Below are positions 8,330 to 16,156 of a DNA stretch of 20,000 bases, one piece after another. The translations under genes and the position numbers were made by a program. The notes below the pieces were generated by a model. It made no database searches, had not been told where the DNA came from, and saw nothing but the letters and a program-made list of their open reading frames with translations. Position 1 is the stretch's first letter; every line of letters starts with the position of its first letter. The stretch is from an uncultured virus (IMG/VR IMGVR_UViG_3300027787_000001) (Duplodnaviria > Heunggongvirae > Uroviricota > Caudoviricetes), in IMG/VR virus record IMGVR_UViG_3300027787_000001; one strand, given 5' to 3'.

Positions 8330-8406
8330 TCCCGGAAAACGAAAAAGGGGCCACCGATGACGTGTTAGGTCATCAGCGACCCCCTTCGAAGGTTCGCTTT
8401 CCGGGA
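8330..8406 (-). promoter_or_regulatory. Long RNA stem-loop in the leader of the scaffold gene (cis-regulatory element or attenuator)
   Basis: Minus-strand nested pairing UCCCGGAAAG/UUUUCCGGGA, AAGGGG/CCCCUU, UCGCU/GGUGG (G-U pairs), GAUGAC/GUCAUC, with loop CUAACAC. Confidence 0.65.
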
Positions 8407-8464
8407 TTTACAGCATCGCCGCGGTCATGAGGCGCGACGAAACGGTTAGAAAATGGCGGTTACA

Positions 8465-8788
8465 TTATCGTTTTCTCAGATCGTGCTGTCGGACCGCCGT
8501 CTCAAACATCCGGCGCCGCTGGTCATGTATCGATGCGCGAATGCGGTGGTCAGGGTCTGGGGATTCAGTTCCGCAGAGGATACGTGCCTGTTGCTGAGCT
8601 TGTGCCAATTGGGCGCGCTCCTGCTCAAAATACATTTGCGTCTCTTGTATCCCAGCCCTTATACGTCCCTCGATGAACTGTACGACTTCATTAGATGGGC
8701 ACCAGACTGCGTGTTCTGCCCGGCCGAACACGCATCCCTCGCAGCATTGGCTGGGGCGATACGGGCGCGAGTAGAGAGGTTCGCTCAT
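8465..8788 (-). CDS. Hypothetical protein with N-terminal CCxxC...H...C motif
   Basis: ATGA coupling to the upstream gene. MSEPLYSRPYRPSQCCEGCVFGRAEHAVWCP followed by a helical region. Confidence 0.6.
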   Translation of the reverse strand: MSEPLYSRPYRPSQCCEGCVFGRAEHAVWCPSNEVVQFIEGRIRAGIQETQMYFEQERAQLAQAQQQARILCGTESPDPDHRIRASIHDQRRRMFETAVRQHDLRKR

Positions 8789-9018
8789 TGCTCAGTATGA
8801 TCCGGCCCTCTATGGAATCCAGTTGGTCCCCGATCCGTGGACTTATAGTCCGCTGGCATTGAAGCAAACGCCCCACCGGGTTGCATTTTCTGCGGCATTT
8901 TGCTGTACAACGCCCCACAAATGGAGCAACATTCATGGGCTCCCGCTGGTTTGGATTTCAACCGCTCCAGCGCCTCGTGGCAATCGCATTCTTGGTTGGA
9001 GTAGACTGATTCACTCAT
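8785..9018 (-). CDS. Cys-rich hypothetical protein, 77 aa (start revised to 9018)
   Basis: ATG overlaps the end of the upstream gene. CDC and CCSIC motifs. Confidence 0.55.
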   Translation of the reverse strand: MSESVYSNQECDCHEALERLKSKPAGAHECCSICGALYSKMPQKMQPGGAFASMPADYKSTDRGPTGFHRGPDHTEQ

Positions 9019-9232
9019 TGGGTACCCGTTCAAGACTGTAGAATACCCCCTCGTATGTGGCTTGTGCTGGAAGAGCCTTCCGCATCGCCTGTCTCATCTT
9101 CATCGCTCGTTCGTGTCGTGAGTGGAACCAGACAACCGACCCATCACGTAGCTGAAGCGCACAGGCCGGATAACGATGGGAAATCTCAGTGCGTCGAACT
9201 GGCGGAAGATCTTTGTTTAGATATCCGAACAT
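9011..9232 (-). CDS. Hypothetical protein
   Basis: Starts 9 nt after the portal stop and overlaps the next start, filling the operon without a gap. Confidence 0.55.
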   Translation of the reverse strand: MFGYLNKDLPPVRRTEISHRYPACALQLRDGSVVWFHSRHERAMKMRQAMRKALPAQATYEGVFYSLERVPNE

Positions 9233-9241
9233 CTCAACATT

Positions 9242-11587
9242 CTACTGTATCGGTAAATTGGCCGGTGGTGCGCTGATCGGCCCTGGTTCATTCGTTCCTG
9301 GAGGTGCTGCTATGTTCGTGCTGGCCGCCGCCGCCGAACCATTAGGCTTCGCGTGGAGCGGTTTGCCGATGGGTTTTTGAGGAACTCCGGGAGGAGGTAC
9401 TGGACTCGTTCCCGGAGGTGGTGCTGGCGGAGAGAGCGCCAACTTATGCTGTTGCCAGAAGTTTACCACGTTCTGAAAGTTCGGGTTCTCGTCCTGCGCC
9501 TGCTGCCCCTCATCGGAGATCATCCATGCCCGCAGGAGGTCCGAGACAATGGCATGGTCATCGAATGCATCCACCTGCACGATCTGGCCGGCCAGGAGCT
9601 TCTTGACCGCGCGCCGTACTTTCTCTCTCGCAGCTTCAACTGGCGCCCACATGCCTGGCACGCCAAGGTAGCGCTGTAACTTGCCAGCATTGAATGGCGA
9701 ATCGAAACCTACCGCAGTAGAGATCGGCGGAGCGTTGAGCATGATATCCTTGATCCCATCTCTACGCTCTGCGAAAGTATCCGGCATCCCCGGATCAGCC
9801 TCGAAGTGATAGCCTTCGTCGGCCAGTTCCGCAATATCGGCCGTCCTGGAATAGGTCCCAAGAAACCCTTCATCCGATGCCACGCGAATCTGCCCTGTTC
9901 CGTATCGCGCCATCTGCTTAACTGCATTGAGGGTCAACCCGCAGTTGAACGCCCGGATATTGTCATAGGTGATCGACATCTGCATCAGGGCCATCTGCTT
10001 CTCAATCAGAGCCTGCTTTGCCGTCTTCTCAGTGGGGTCGTATCCTCCATAGATCGAGCGATTGACGCCCACGAGTTCGCGGCCCATTTCACGCTGCGAG
10101 TTCTGTAGATTAGTTACGTCAGGGGAAATTGTGGCAACCGGGAAAGGGTAAACCTGGTCCTGAAGGCGCACGCCGCCGCCGGGTTTCGTCCAGATGAAGT
10201 CTGCCGCATTCGGAGGGCGGTTCTCGAGCGATTCCCGATCCATAATTTCGTTCGACACCAGAAGCGCCGGTAACTGCTTCATCACCGCCTCTTCCTGCAT
10301 GTTGACGGTGTTGTTCGTAATGTCCTGGGCCGGAATCTCATCGGTGCAGAGCGCATCAGACATGAGTTTGCTCGATACCGTTGGCTTGCAAATCTCCCAA
10401 CAGTCGAACAAGTCTTCATCTTTGATGTCCACCAGATCGCCGTTAACGAAGTCCAGCCGACAGCCCTTGGGATAGATGTCCTTCATCAGATCGCACAGCT
10501 TCTGCTTGCCCTGGACGGCGAATTGCGCCGGTACGTCGCCTTTGATGAGTTCGTAGATCGAAGGTTTCAGCCAGTTGAGCTCGGAGCGCCAGAGATTAGG
10601 ATGTGGAAAGCGAACTCCGGTCGGTGACGATAGCGACCCGCGCACCTCGACCCCAGATTGCTTCGATGAAGTCGTTCCCCCTTCTGATGCTGACTCCAAC
10701 TTGTCCCTGAGTTGAGGGTACATCGTCACCAGCTTTCCCTTTGGCATGTCGCGTTCGAGCTTCAGGTATTCCAACTCCAGTTTGGCTGCGGCATAGAACG
10801 AGATCGAGACCTCAAGTGCGGAGTAGATATCAAGCTCGACGCTACCGTTTTCGTATTTGTTGATCTTGCCCGTATCGTGCGGGATCGGTACCGTATCAGG
10901 CTTGATGAAATTCTCATCACCTAACGGTCCCCCGCAGGTAGGGCAGGACGCAACGGAACCCTGCTCGCCTTCGGTAGCCTCATGGCAGGTCGGACATGCG
11001 TAACGCCCAGGTGTCAGCGGGACATCCTGCGTCTCGATGACTGGCTCCTCGGTATAACCGTACTTTGCTCCGTCGGCGCTGTAGTAGGTCCACCCGAATG
11101 CCGGGCCGAGAATCCACAGAATGAACGCCGTCTGCCGCGTCTTCTCATCCATGTTCCATTTGTCGTGCAAATCCTGCGCCACCACATCGGCCAGAATCGC
11201 TTGGCGCTCGCCATCGTCTGACTCGGGGTCGTCGGCCACCGCTCGCACAGTTGGCGCCTTGCCCATCACCGCGACGGCCTTCAGGCAATCGCCGCGGATG
11301 ATGTTGAAGACGTAATCGAACTGACCGACCTGGGCATCCGGGCTGAAGTTGTTCGCCAGCGGAGCGCCAGAGGACCCGAAGTCCGCAAAGTTCGTGCCAA
11401 TCCACTGCGGGACGATGTTCTGCTTCCCCTCGAAGTAGAGGTGGTTCCTCCGCATCGTGCGGTAGGTGACGATCTTCTCCTGCTCGCAGTCCGGGTCAAC
11501 CTCATCGTCGATCAGCTTCTTCAGCGGCGTTTTGAGGAGGATGAGGAGCGTCTTCTTATCGAGTTGTGGGAGGCCTGGGGCCATCAT
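9242..11587 (-). CDS. Portal protein with Zn-ribbon insertion and Pro-rich tail
   Basis: About 780 aa, between terminase and scaffold. Portal-like segments (YVFNIIRG..., PTVRAVADDPESDDGERQA, IPAQDITN, ELVGVNRSIYGG...KTAKQ). CPTC-x15-CPTC insert. ATGATG overlap with the upstream TGA gives a start at 11587 or 11584. Confidence 0.85.
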   Translation of the reverse strand: MMAPGLPQLDKKTLLILLKTPLKKLIDDEVDPDCEQEKIVTYRTMRRNHLYFEGKQNIVPQWIGTNFADFGSSGAPLANNFSPDAQVGQFDYVFNIIRGDCLKAVAVMGKAPTVRAVADDPESDDGERQAILADVVAQDLHDKWNMDEKTRQTAFILWILGPAFGWTYYSADGAKYGYTEEPVIETQDVPLTPGRYACPTCHEATEGEQGSVASCPTCGGPLGDENFIKPDTVPIPHDTGKINKYENGSVELDIYSALEVSISFYAAAKLELEYLKLERDMPKGKLVTMYPQLRDKLESASEGGTTSSKQSGVEVRGSLSSPTGVRFPHPNLWRSELNWLKPSIYELIKGDVPAQFAVQGKQKLCDLMKDIYPKGCRLDFVNGDLVDIKDEDLFDCWEICKPTVSSKLMSDALCTDEIPAQDITNNTVNMQEEAVMKQLPALLVSNEIMDRESLENRPPNAADFIWTKPGGGVRLQDQVYPFPVATISPDVTNLQNSQREMGRELVGVNRSIYGGYDPTEKTAKQALIEKQMALMQMSITYDNIRAFNCGLTLNAVKQMARYGTGQIRVASDEGFLGTYSRTADIAELADEGYHFEADPGMPDTFAERRDGIKDIMLNAPPISTAVGFDSPFNAGKLQRYLGVPGMWAPVEAAREKVRRAVKKLLAGQIVQVDAFDDHAIVSDLLRAWMISDEGQQAQDENPNFQNVVNFWQQHKLALSPPAPPPGTSPVPPPGVPQKPIGKPLHAKPNGSAAAASTNIAAPPGTNEPGPISAPPANLPIQ

Positions 11588-11961
11588 CCGGCTTCTCCGT
11601 GTACTGTCTTCCACTGATCCTTAGCCTGCGAGATGAAGTTGAGGGTTTCCTTCTTGCGGATCATCGCCGTCTGGCTCATCGGTCGTTCAATCGGTCCCGG
11701 CTTCTGCTCAACCGACCGCCCCTCGGGAATGCCCGGCGCCTCAGGATATAGCTTTATGCCGTACTGCCGCTGCCATTCCACGTTAGCGATCGTCTTCAGC
11801 GCGTCCGACAGTTCCTTGTCCTTGCGAGTGAACTGCTCATACCAGCGGTCGCGCTCGTTCTGAACCGCGATGAGCCGGTCCTCGGCCAGCACGCGGGCGT
11901 CGTTGGCAGCATCGAGCAGGCGCTTAAGGGCGATGGGGTTTAGATTGATCGGGAGCATCAC
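11584..11961 (-). CDS. Coiled-coil hypothetical protein coupled to the portal gene
   Basis: Start and stop codons overlap its neighbours on both sides. Heptad-like helix RVLAEDRLIAVQNERDRWYEQF. Confidence 0.7.
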   Translation of the reverse strand: MMLPINLNPIALKRLLDAANDARVLAEDRLIAVQNERDRWYEQFTRKDKELSDALKTIANVEWQRQYGIKLYPEAPGIPEGRSVEQKPGPIERPMSQTAMIRKKETLNFISQAKDQWKTVHGEAG

Positions 11962-12212
11962 TTTGTCATCCGCTCCAGTTCCTGCAGCTCCAGGTCTGTC
12001 GCCATACCGCGATGGTCACCCATGAGCCGTAGCTGTTTACGCTTGCCACATTCACACGAAAGTACAACCAGTGTGTATCCCCACAGGCACCGCAAACTAT
12101 CGACCGTGTAACAACCCCAGACCGCAGCGGATGGGTTGGCATCGTTGAAAACACACGACAGCATCCTGAACCTGTGCCCGACGATCAGCGCGTGGTAGAG
12201 ACGCTTGAGCAT
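11958..12212 (-). CDS. Hypothetical protein, 84 aa (start revised to 12212)
   Basis: TAATG overlap at 12212. MLKRLYHALIVGHRF...LSCECGKRK; His plus CxC suggests metal binding. Confidence 0.6.
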   Translation of the reverse strand: MLKRLYHALIVGHRFRMLSCVFNDANPSAAVWGCYTVDSLRCLWGYTLVVLSCECGKRKQLRLMGDHRGMATDLELQELERMTK

Positions 12213-12481
12213 TACAGGCCTCCGACGAATCGCATCTGCCAGACCTTGTAGTGGCGGTACCCGCCGCACTCCCACTCGCGGGCTTTGAGCACATTCCAGT
12301 ATGAGGGCAACCAAAATAACGCTATACCGTAGAATCTGCCATACCTAGGGACGCCAGTGGTCCCCCAATCCGGTGCGCCATCCGAAATAAGTAGAGAGAA
12401 CAGCGGTGTGCTACAAATCAGGTAATCCGCATCGAACTGGAAGCGCCAATACTGCCTCCAGAGCCAGAGAAGCCGTCTCAC
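12212..12481 (-). CDS. Trp-rich hypothetical protein, 89 aa (start revised to GTG 12481)
   Basis: GTG overlaps the upstream TAG and its TAA overlaps the next ATG. Sequence MRRLLWLWRQYWRFQF...WQMRFVGGL. Confidence 0.5.
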   Translation of the reverse strand: MRRLLWLWRQYWRFQFDADYLICSTPLFSLLISDGAPDWGTTGVPRYGRFYGIALFWLPSYWNVLKAREWECGGYRHYKVWQMRFVGGL

Positions 12482-12747
12482 TAGCTTCCGTAGCCTCCGC
12501 CAGCGCCCCCACCGCCCGCTTCCTGCCCTTCGCCCTCGCCGGCCTCTTCGGTCTGCACCGCGGCCTCGATCTGGTCGCACAGGTCGCGCATCTGCGAGAC
12601 AAGCCCCATCACCGCATCAGGACCTTTGCCTCCGCCGTCTGCCGCGCCATCGTCCAGACCGGCGCCCGCTCCGTTCGCTTTTGGTCTCGCCTCAATCGCT
12701 ACCGACATCATCGGTCGCGGTGGCGGCATTCGTCTGCTTGGTGACAT
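12481..12747 (-). CDS. Gly/Glu-rich small protein, 88 aa (start revised to 12747)
   Basis: AAGGAAAG and an A-rich leader precede ATG 12747. Low-complexity flanks around one amphipathic helix (VMGLVSQMRDLCDQIEAAV). Confidence 0.6.
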   Translation of the reverse strand: MSPSRRMPPPRPMMSVAIEARPKANGAGAGLDDGAADGGGKGPDAVMGLVSQMRDLCDQIEAAVQTEEAGEGEGQEAGGGGAGGGYGS

Positions 12748-12794
12748 GGTTTTCTTCTTTCCTTGGTGCTGGCATAGATGGCCAGCGATCTTCC

Positions 12795-13154
12795 CTAGCC
12801 TCTCGGAACATCTGCAGCCCCTGTCCTGTAGGCAATACCGAATTTGGCGGCACCCCAAAGCAACATATCTTCAATTACCTGCTTGGAATCATCTGTGTTT
12901 GATCTCGTCTCAACAACTAGAAGCGTGGTGAAGATCGTAAACTTCTGAATCACCTTATTCCCGGCCTTGCCGTCTTCAAATACAACGCCGTTCGATTCAT
13001 CAAACTCCTCTGGCTTGGTAGGGAATTTTCTAAACCTGTATCGCTCCACCATCGCCTTAACCACGTCAGGGAGAAACACATTTCCTCTCGGGCTGAGATC
13101 AAACGTTTCGATATAGGCAAGGGTTCTAGCGAGGACAACTGCGGCGAGTTGCAC
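12795..13154 (-). CDS. Hypothetical protein, possibly C-terminally truncated
   Basis: Globular-looking sequence (QLAAVVLARTLAYIETFDLSPRG...LLVVETRSNTDDS) starting 4 nt after the upstream stop. More AT-rich than the flanking head genes. Confidence 0.65.
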   Translation of the reverse strand: MQLAAVVLARTLAYIETFDLSPRGNVFLPDVVKAMVERYRFRKFPTKPEEFDESNGVVFEDGKAGNKVIQKFTIFTTLLVVETRSNTDDSKQVIEDMLLWGAAKFGIAYRTGAADVPRG

Positions 13155-13158
13155 TAGC

Positions 13159-13422
13159 TTATTTTCCCTTGAGTGCTGCTTCCTCTGCTGGTGTCGACTT
13201 TACATCCACCGGCAGAATACCGATAGATGCCTGTAGTGTGGCGGCGGCCCGTGTAGCGGGTGTCGATAACAAATCGTTTACGTTAGAACTCGTGCCACGT
13301 GACCCTACAGCCACATCGAAATTATCACGAGACCGGGAACGTTTCTTGGGAGGTCCGGAAAAGACTCCCACGGCAAAAACAAAAGCCAATATAATAAAAA
13401 GACCCACCGATGCTTGCAGCAT
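13159..13422 (-). CDS. Small membrane-anchored protein
   Basis: GGGAGG RBS. N-terminal transmembrane segment VGLFIILAFVFAVGVF followed by basic KKRSRSR. Confidence 0.55.
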   Translation of the reverse strand: MLQASVGLFIILAFVFAVGVFSGPPKKRSRSRDNFDVAVGSRGTSSNVNDLLSTPATRAAATLQASIGILPVDVKSTPAEEAALKGK

Positions 13423-13428
13423 GATGCT

Positions 13429-13584
13429 TTAGTCCTCCCTTTCCGTAGCCGCCAGCACAAATGCCGCGAGAAGAAATACTCCGACCAAGAGGAGGCTGGT
13501 GTGCCAAAGGGCGTCGGCTGTGGGCATCAATCTCCTCAATATCCTCCCCGCCCTCCACTCGAACATCATATCCGGTGGGAACAT
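13429..13584 (-). CDS. Small membrane protein, 51 aa (start revised to 13584)
   Basis: TAATG overlap with the terminase stop. C-terminal hydrophobic segment SLLLVGVFLLAAFVLAA. Confidence 0.5.
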   Translation of the reverse strand: MFPPDMMFEWRAGRILRRLMPTADALWHTSLLLVGVFLLAAFVLAATERED

Positions 13585-15446
13585 TAGGCTGGGTGATCCC
13601 ATCTGCGCCGGTTCCTCATCGAACCTCGCGCGAATCTTCCCCACGGTAGCGGCCGGTTCTTCTCCTGATCCAGCAGCGTCTTCTGAACCACCTGGTGCCG
13701 TACCATTGGATCGCTCAACACCTCGGCATTGACCACGCCGGCGGCCGCGATGCGCTCCGCGATCTGGATATCCAGCGGCTTCTGATTCTCGCGGGACCGG
13801 TCACCCATTACGAGATAGCGGGCGCTCTGCAAAGGGTCGTCACCAACGAACTTTCTTATGTCATGTTTGCCATCGTCATCATGAGTCGCAATTGCCAGAA
13901 GCTCTTTCAGCTTTTGGCAGCAATCCCATATCTGGATCTTTGGCAGGACTTCCCGCGGTTTCTTGTGACGAGCCAAGTATTGCTGGTAAGCGTCCCGGCC
14001 TTCACTGAGAAACAGTTCGCGGGCGAAGTCCATGTCTGGCTGCACCTCCGGCTCGATCGGTGTGAAGCGCATCAACCCATGAAGATACTGCCAGCCGTCC
14101 GCGCGCCGGTTATTGGCGCGATAGATGATGATCCGCATGCGGCCATCGAGCGCGTTGTACCGCTGCTCCATTGACTGCCAGGCCTTTTCCGGTGAACCAA
14201 GACGTTGCTCATCGTCCGTCAGATCTACCAGGAACGCGGAGCCAGCTCCCAGCACAATCTCGATACCGCGGCGAATCTGCTCGGCAAAAGTATACTTCGC
14301 GTCAGTTTTAGAGAAACACGACGGGTCGAGATGCAGCGGTATCGTGTGATCCGGCAGCCCTTCCAGGTCGCTCATGGACATCTTGGCGATCTCAGACCCC
14401 AAGACCTCCGAACCCATGCCCTTGATGACAAACTCCCGGTAGATGTGCAGCCTTCCATCGGCCTTGTTCTGGCAACCCCAATGCACCGACGAGAAGTGAT
14501 CGTATCCCCAGTCGACACCCATCGTCCGCGGCCACCAGGGAAGCAGATCGGCGCCAAGAATGACGTGCCGCGCCTCGGGTGGTTCGCCCGCGAGCGGGCC
14601 GTGCGGTCGATACCACTTGAAGTACGGACCCAGCATCGAGTCCCAGTCACCCTCAAGCCAAGCCCTTCGCGTCGCTTCCGGCTGATCCTTCAGCTGATTG
14701 AGATAGTCCTCATTGTGCATCAGATAAGGATTGTCTTTTAGAAACGCCGGGATAAATATTCTGGTGCGCTTCGTCGCTGCGTCCAGCATCGTTGTCATCG
14801 ACGGAATCAGGTTCCCGTCCTTGTCCAATACTTTGACGTAGCGTGCGTTAACCCAGGCCGACCCCGGACCGTCAGGATTAGTCGTGGCGAAGAATTGGGC
14901 CTTAATCTCTGGCATCGTGGAGCGGCAGCATCCGAGAAGTCTCTTGAACAGGTCGAGGTCTGGAACCTGCGTCAATTCTTCTACCAGAACCTGTTGATAT
15001 TGTTGCGACTTGTACAACTCGTAGGACTTTGAATCCTTGAGGTGCCCGCCGCGGATGATATGGCCGTCCGGCCAGCGGATCTGAAGCGGACGTTCGGCAA
15101 ACTTGGCGCCAGTCGGCTCGTAGAGCACTCGAGCGCGCGAGATCCACTCGGCCAGATCCTTTTCATTAGCCCGGATCACTAGACCGCGTAGGTCACGCAG
15201 GATACGCGGTTCCTGCGGTTCGATCTCGATCATCCCTGTTTCGGGATTGAATCGTTGAATCGTCCGATGTTTTACCAGCCAGGCGATGCCGCAGTCTGAC
15301 TTCGCCCCACCGCGAGCACCACCGTAAAGAACCTCATTCTCCGTGCGTGCCAGAGCTATCGCCTGCTTCGGCAGAGGTTTCCAGATAATGTTAGGTTGGA
15401 TTTGGATGCGCCCCGTATCGCAGCCCTTTGCCCTTGGGCGCCTCAC
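13584..15446 (-). CDS. terL: Terminase large subunit
   Basis: Q-motif KPLPKQ, Walker A VLYGGARGGAKS, Walker B VLVEELTQ, coupling motif ATTNPDGPGSAWV, FIPAFLKDNPYL, RAWLEGDWD, RNase H-like nuclease MGVDWGY...IYREF...LDPS...DDPLQSARY. Confidence 0.95.
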   Translation of the reverse strand: MRRPRAKGCDTGRIQIQPNIIWKPLPKQAIALARTENEVLYGGARGGAKSDCGIAWLVKHRTIQRFNPETGMIEIEPQEPRILRDLRGLVIRANEKDLAEWISRARVLYEPTGAKFAERPLQIRWPDGHIIRGGHLKDSKSYELYKSQQYQQVLVEELTQVPDLDLFKRLLGCCRSTMPEIKAQFFATTNPDGPGSAWVNARYVKVLDKDGNLIPSMTTMLDAATKRTRIFIPAFLKDNPYLMHNEDYLNQLKDQPEATRRAWLEGDWDSMLGPYFKWYRPHGPLAGEPPEARHVILGADLLPWWPRTMGVDWGYDHFSSVHWGCQNKADGRLHIYREFVIKGMGSEVLGSEIAKMSMSDLEGLPDHTIPLHLDPSCFSKTDAKYTFAEQIRRGIEIVLGAGSAFLVDLTDDEQRLGSPEKAWQSMEQRYNALDGRMRIIIYRANNRRADGWQYLHGLMRFTPIEPEVQPDMDFARELFLSEGRDAYQQYLARHKKPREVLPKIQIWDCCQKLKELLAIATHDDDGKHDIRKFVGDDPLQSARYLVMGDRSRENQKPLDIQIAERIAAAGVVNAEVLSDPMVRHQVVQKTLLDQEKNRPLPWGRFARGSMRNRRRWDHPA

Positions 15447-15675
15447 CCTTCTCCTCAGGCGTCAGCTCGATCTCTTTGCCGCAGTGCGGGCAACTCACGA
15501 CACCGCCATGCTCCAGGTGCTTCAGTGTGATCGCCAGGCGAGCTCTCTGGCCGGCCTTCCCGCTGTCGTGCTTGTGCTCCTGTTCGTAAGCGGAGTTCGA
15601 GACGCCTTCGCGCTTGGCGGCCGCGGTCATGGCGCCTGGATGCTTTATTGCGCCTTGGATAAAGTGTTCAGCCAT
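15391..15675 (-). CDS. Small basic phage protein (IQGAIKHPGA...GQRARLA type) with a CPHC knuckle
   Basis: GAGGT RBS. The motif FIQGAIKHPGA...GKAGQRARLAITL recalls small basic proteins seen near phage packaging genes. Function unknown. Confidence 0.7.
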   Translation of the reverse strand: MAEHFIQGAIKHPGAMTAAAKREGVSNSAYEQEHKHDSGKAGQRARLAITLKHLEHGGVVSCPHCGKEIELTPEEKGEAPKGKGLRYGAHPNPT

Positions 15676-15991
15676 GGTCGTTTACCTCACTCAATAAAAC
15701 TGCGGGTGCGGTTGTGTCGCCCCAGTATCCGATCGGGGTATCTTCGTCGGTGGGCCCAACTACCTCAATCCTAAGATCACGCGGGTTCTTGCATCGCCGC
15801 TCGACTGCTCTCTTACTGTCGGCCGCTTCGTGATCGACCTCTAAAGTCTGTAGAAGACTGATACCGTAAAGACCGCAGGTACAGGACCACCGCGCGGCGA
15901 GCTTGGGCCTTTCGCTGTATGGCAATGGGCGCGGGGCGTTTTCGAGTTGTCTGAACAGCATGTCGGTAACCGTTGGCTGCCGTTTGCTCAT
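15668..15991 (-). CDS. Hypothetical protein
   Basis: Overlaps the next gene's start. WSCTCG...H...C is a possible Zn site. Confidence 0.6.
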   Translation of the reverse strand: MSKRQPTVTDMLFRQLENAPRPLPYSERPKLAARWSCTCGLYGISLLQTLEVDHEAADSKRAVERRCKNPRDLRIEVVGPTDEDTPIGYWGDTTAPAVLLSEVNDHG

Positions 15992-16156
15992 GCCGACATC
16001 ATGCCGATTTCAGCCCGAGAAACAAAAGGAGCCGTTCAAACCACGTGACCCGTCTGCACTCACTTGACGACAACTCTCCGCAGCGCCACCGCCAGTAACT
16101 ATGGTAGCCATGCAGTGGATGGTACATCAGGATGGCTTTCTCGCGTTTCATGCCGA
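15988..16156 (-). repeat. Three copies of the 9-bp direct repeat TCGGCATGA at gene junctions
   Basis: Plus-strand tcatgccga at 15988-15996, 15999-16007 and 16148-16156. Confidence 0.85.
15999..16151 (-). CDS. 50-aa hypothetical protein (below the ORF-track cutoff)
   Basis: ATGA overlap with the terS stop. MKREKAILMYHPLHGYHSYWRWRCGELSSSECRRVTWFERLLLFLGLKSA fills the gap between terS and the next gene. Confidence 0.55.
   Translation of the reverse strand: MKREKAILMYHPLHGYHSYWRWRCGELSSSECRRVTWFERLLLFLGLKSA

Noticed and set aside
9242..9440. Pro-rich low-complexity repeats at the portal 3' end
   Set aside because: Explained by the coding of a disordered tail, not a DNA repeat element.
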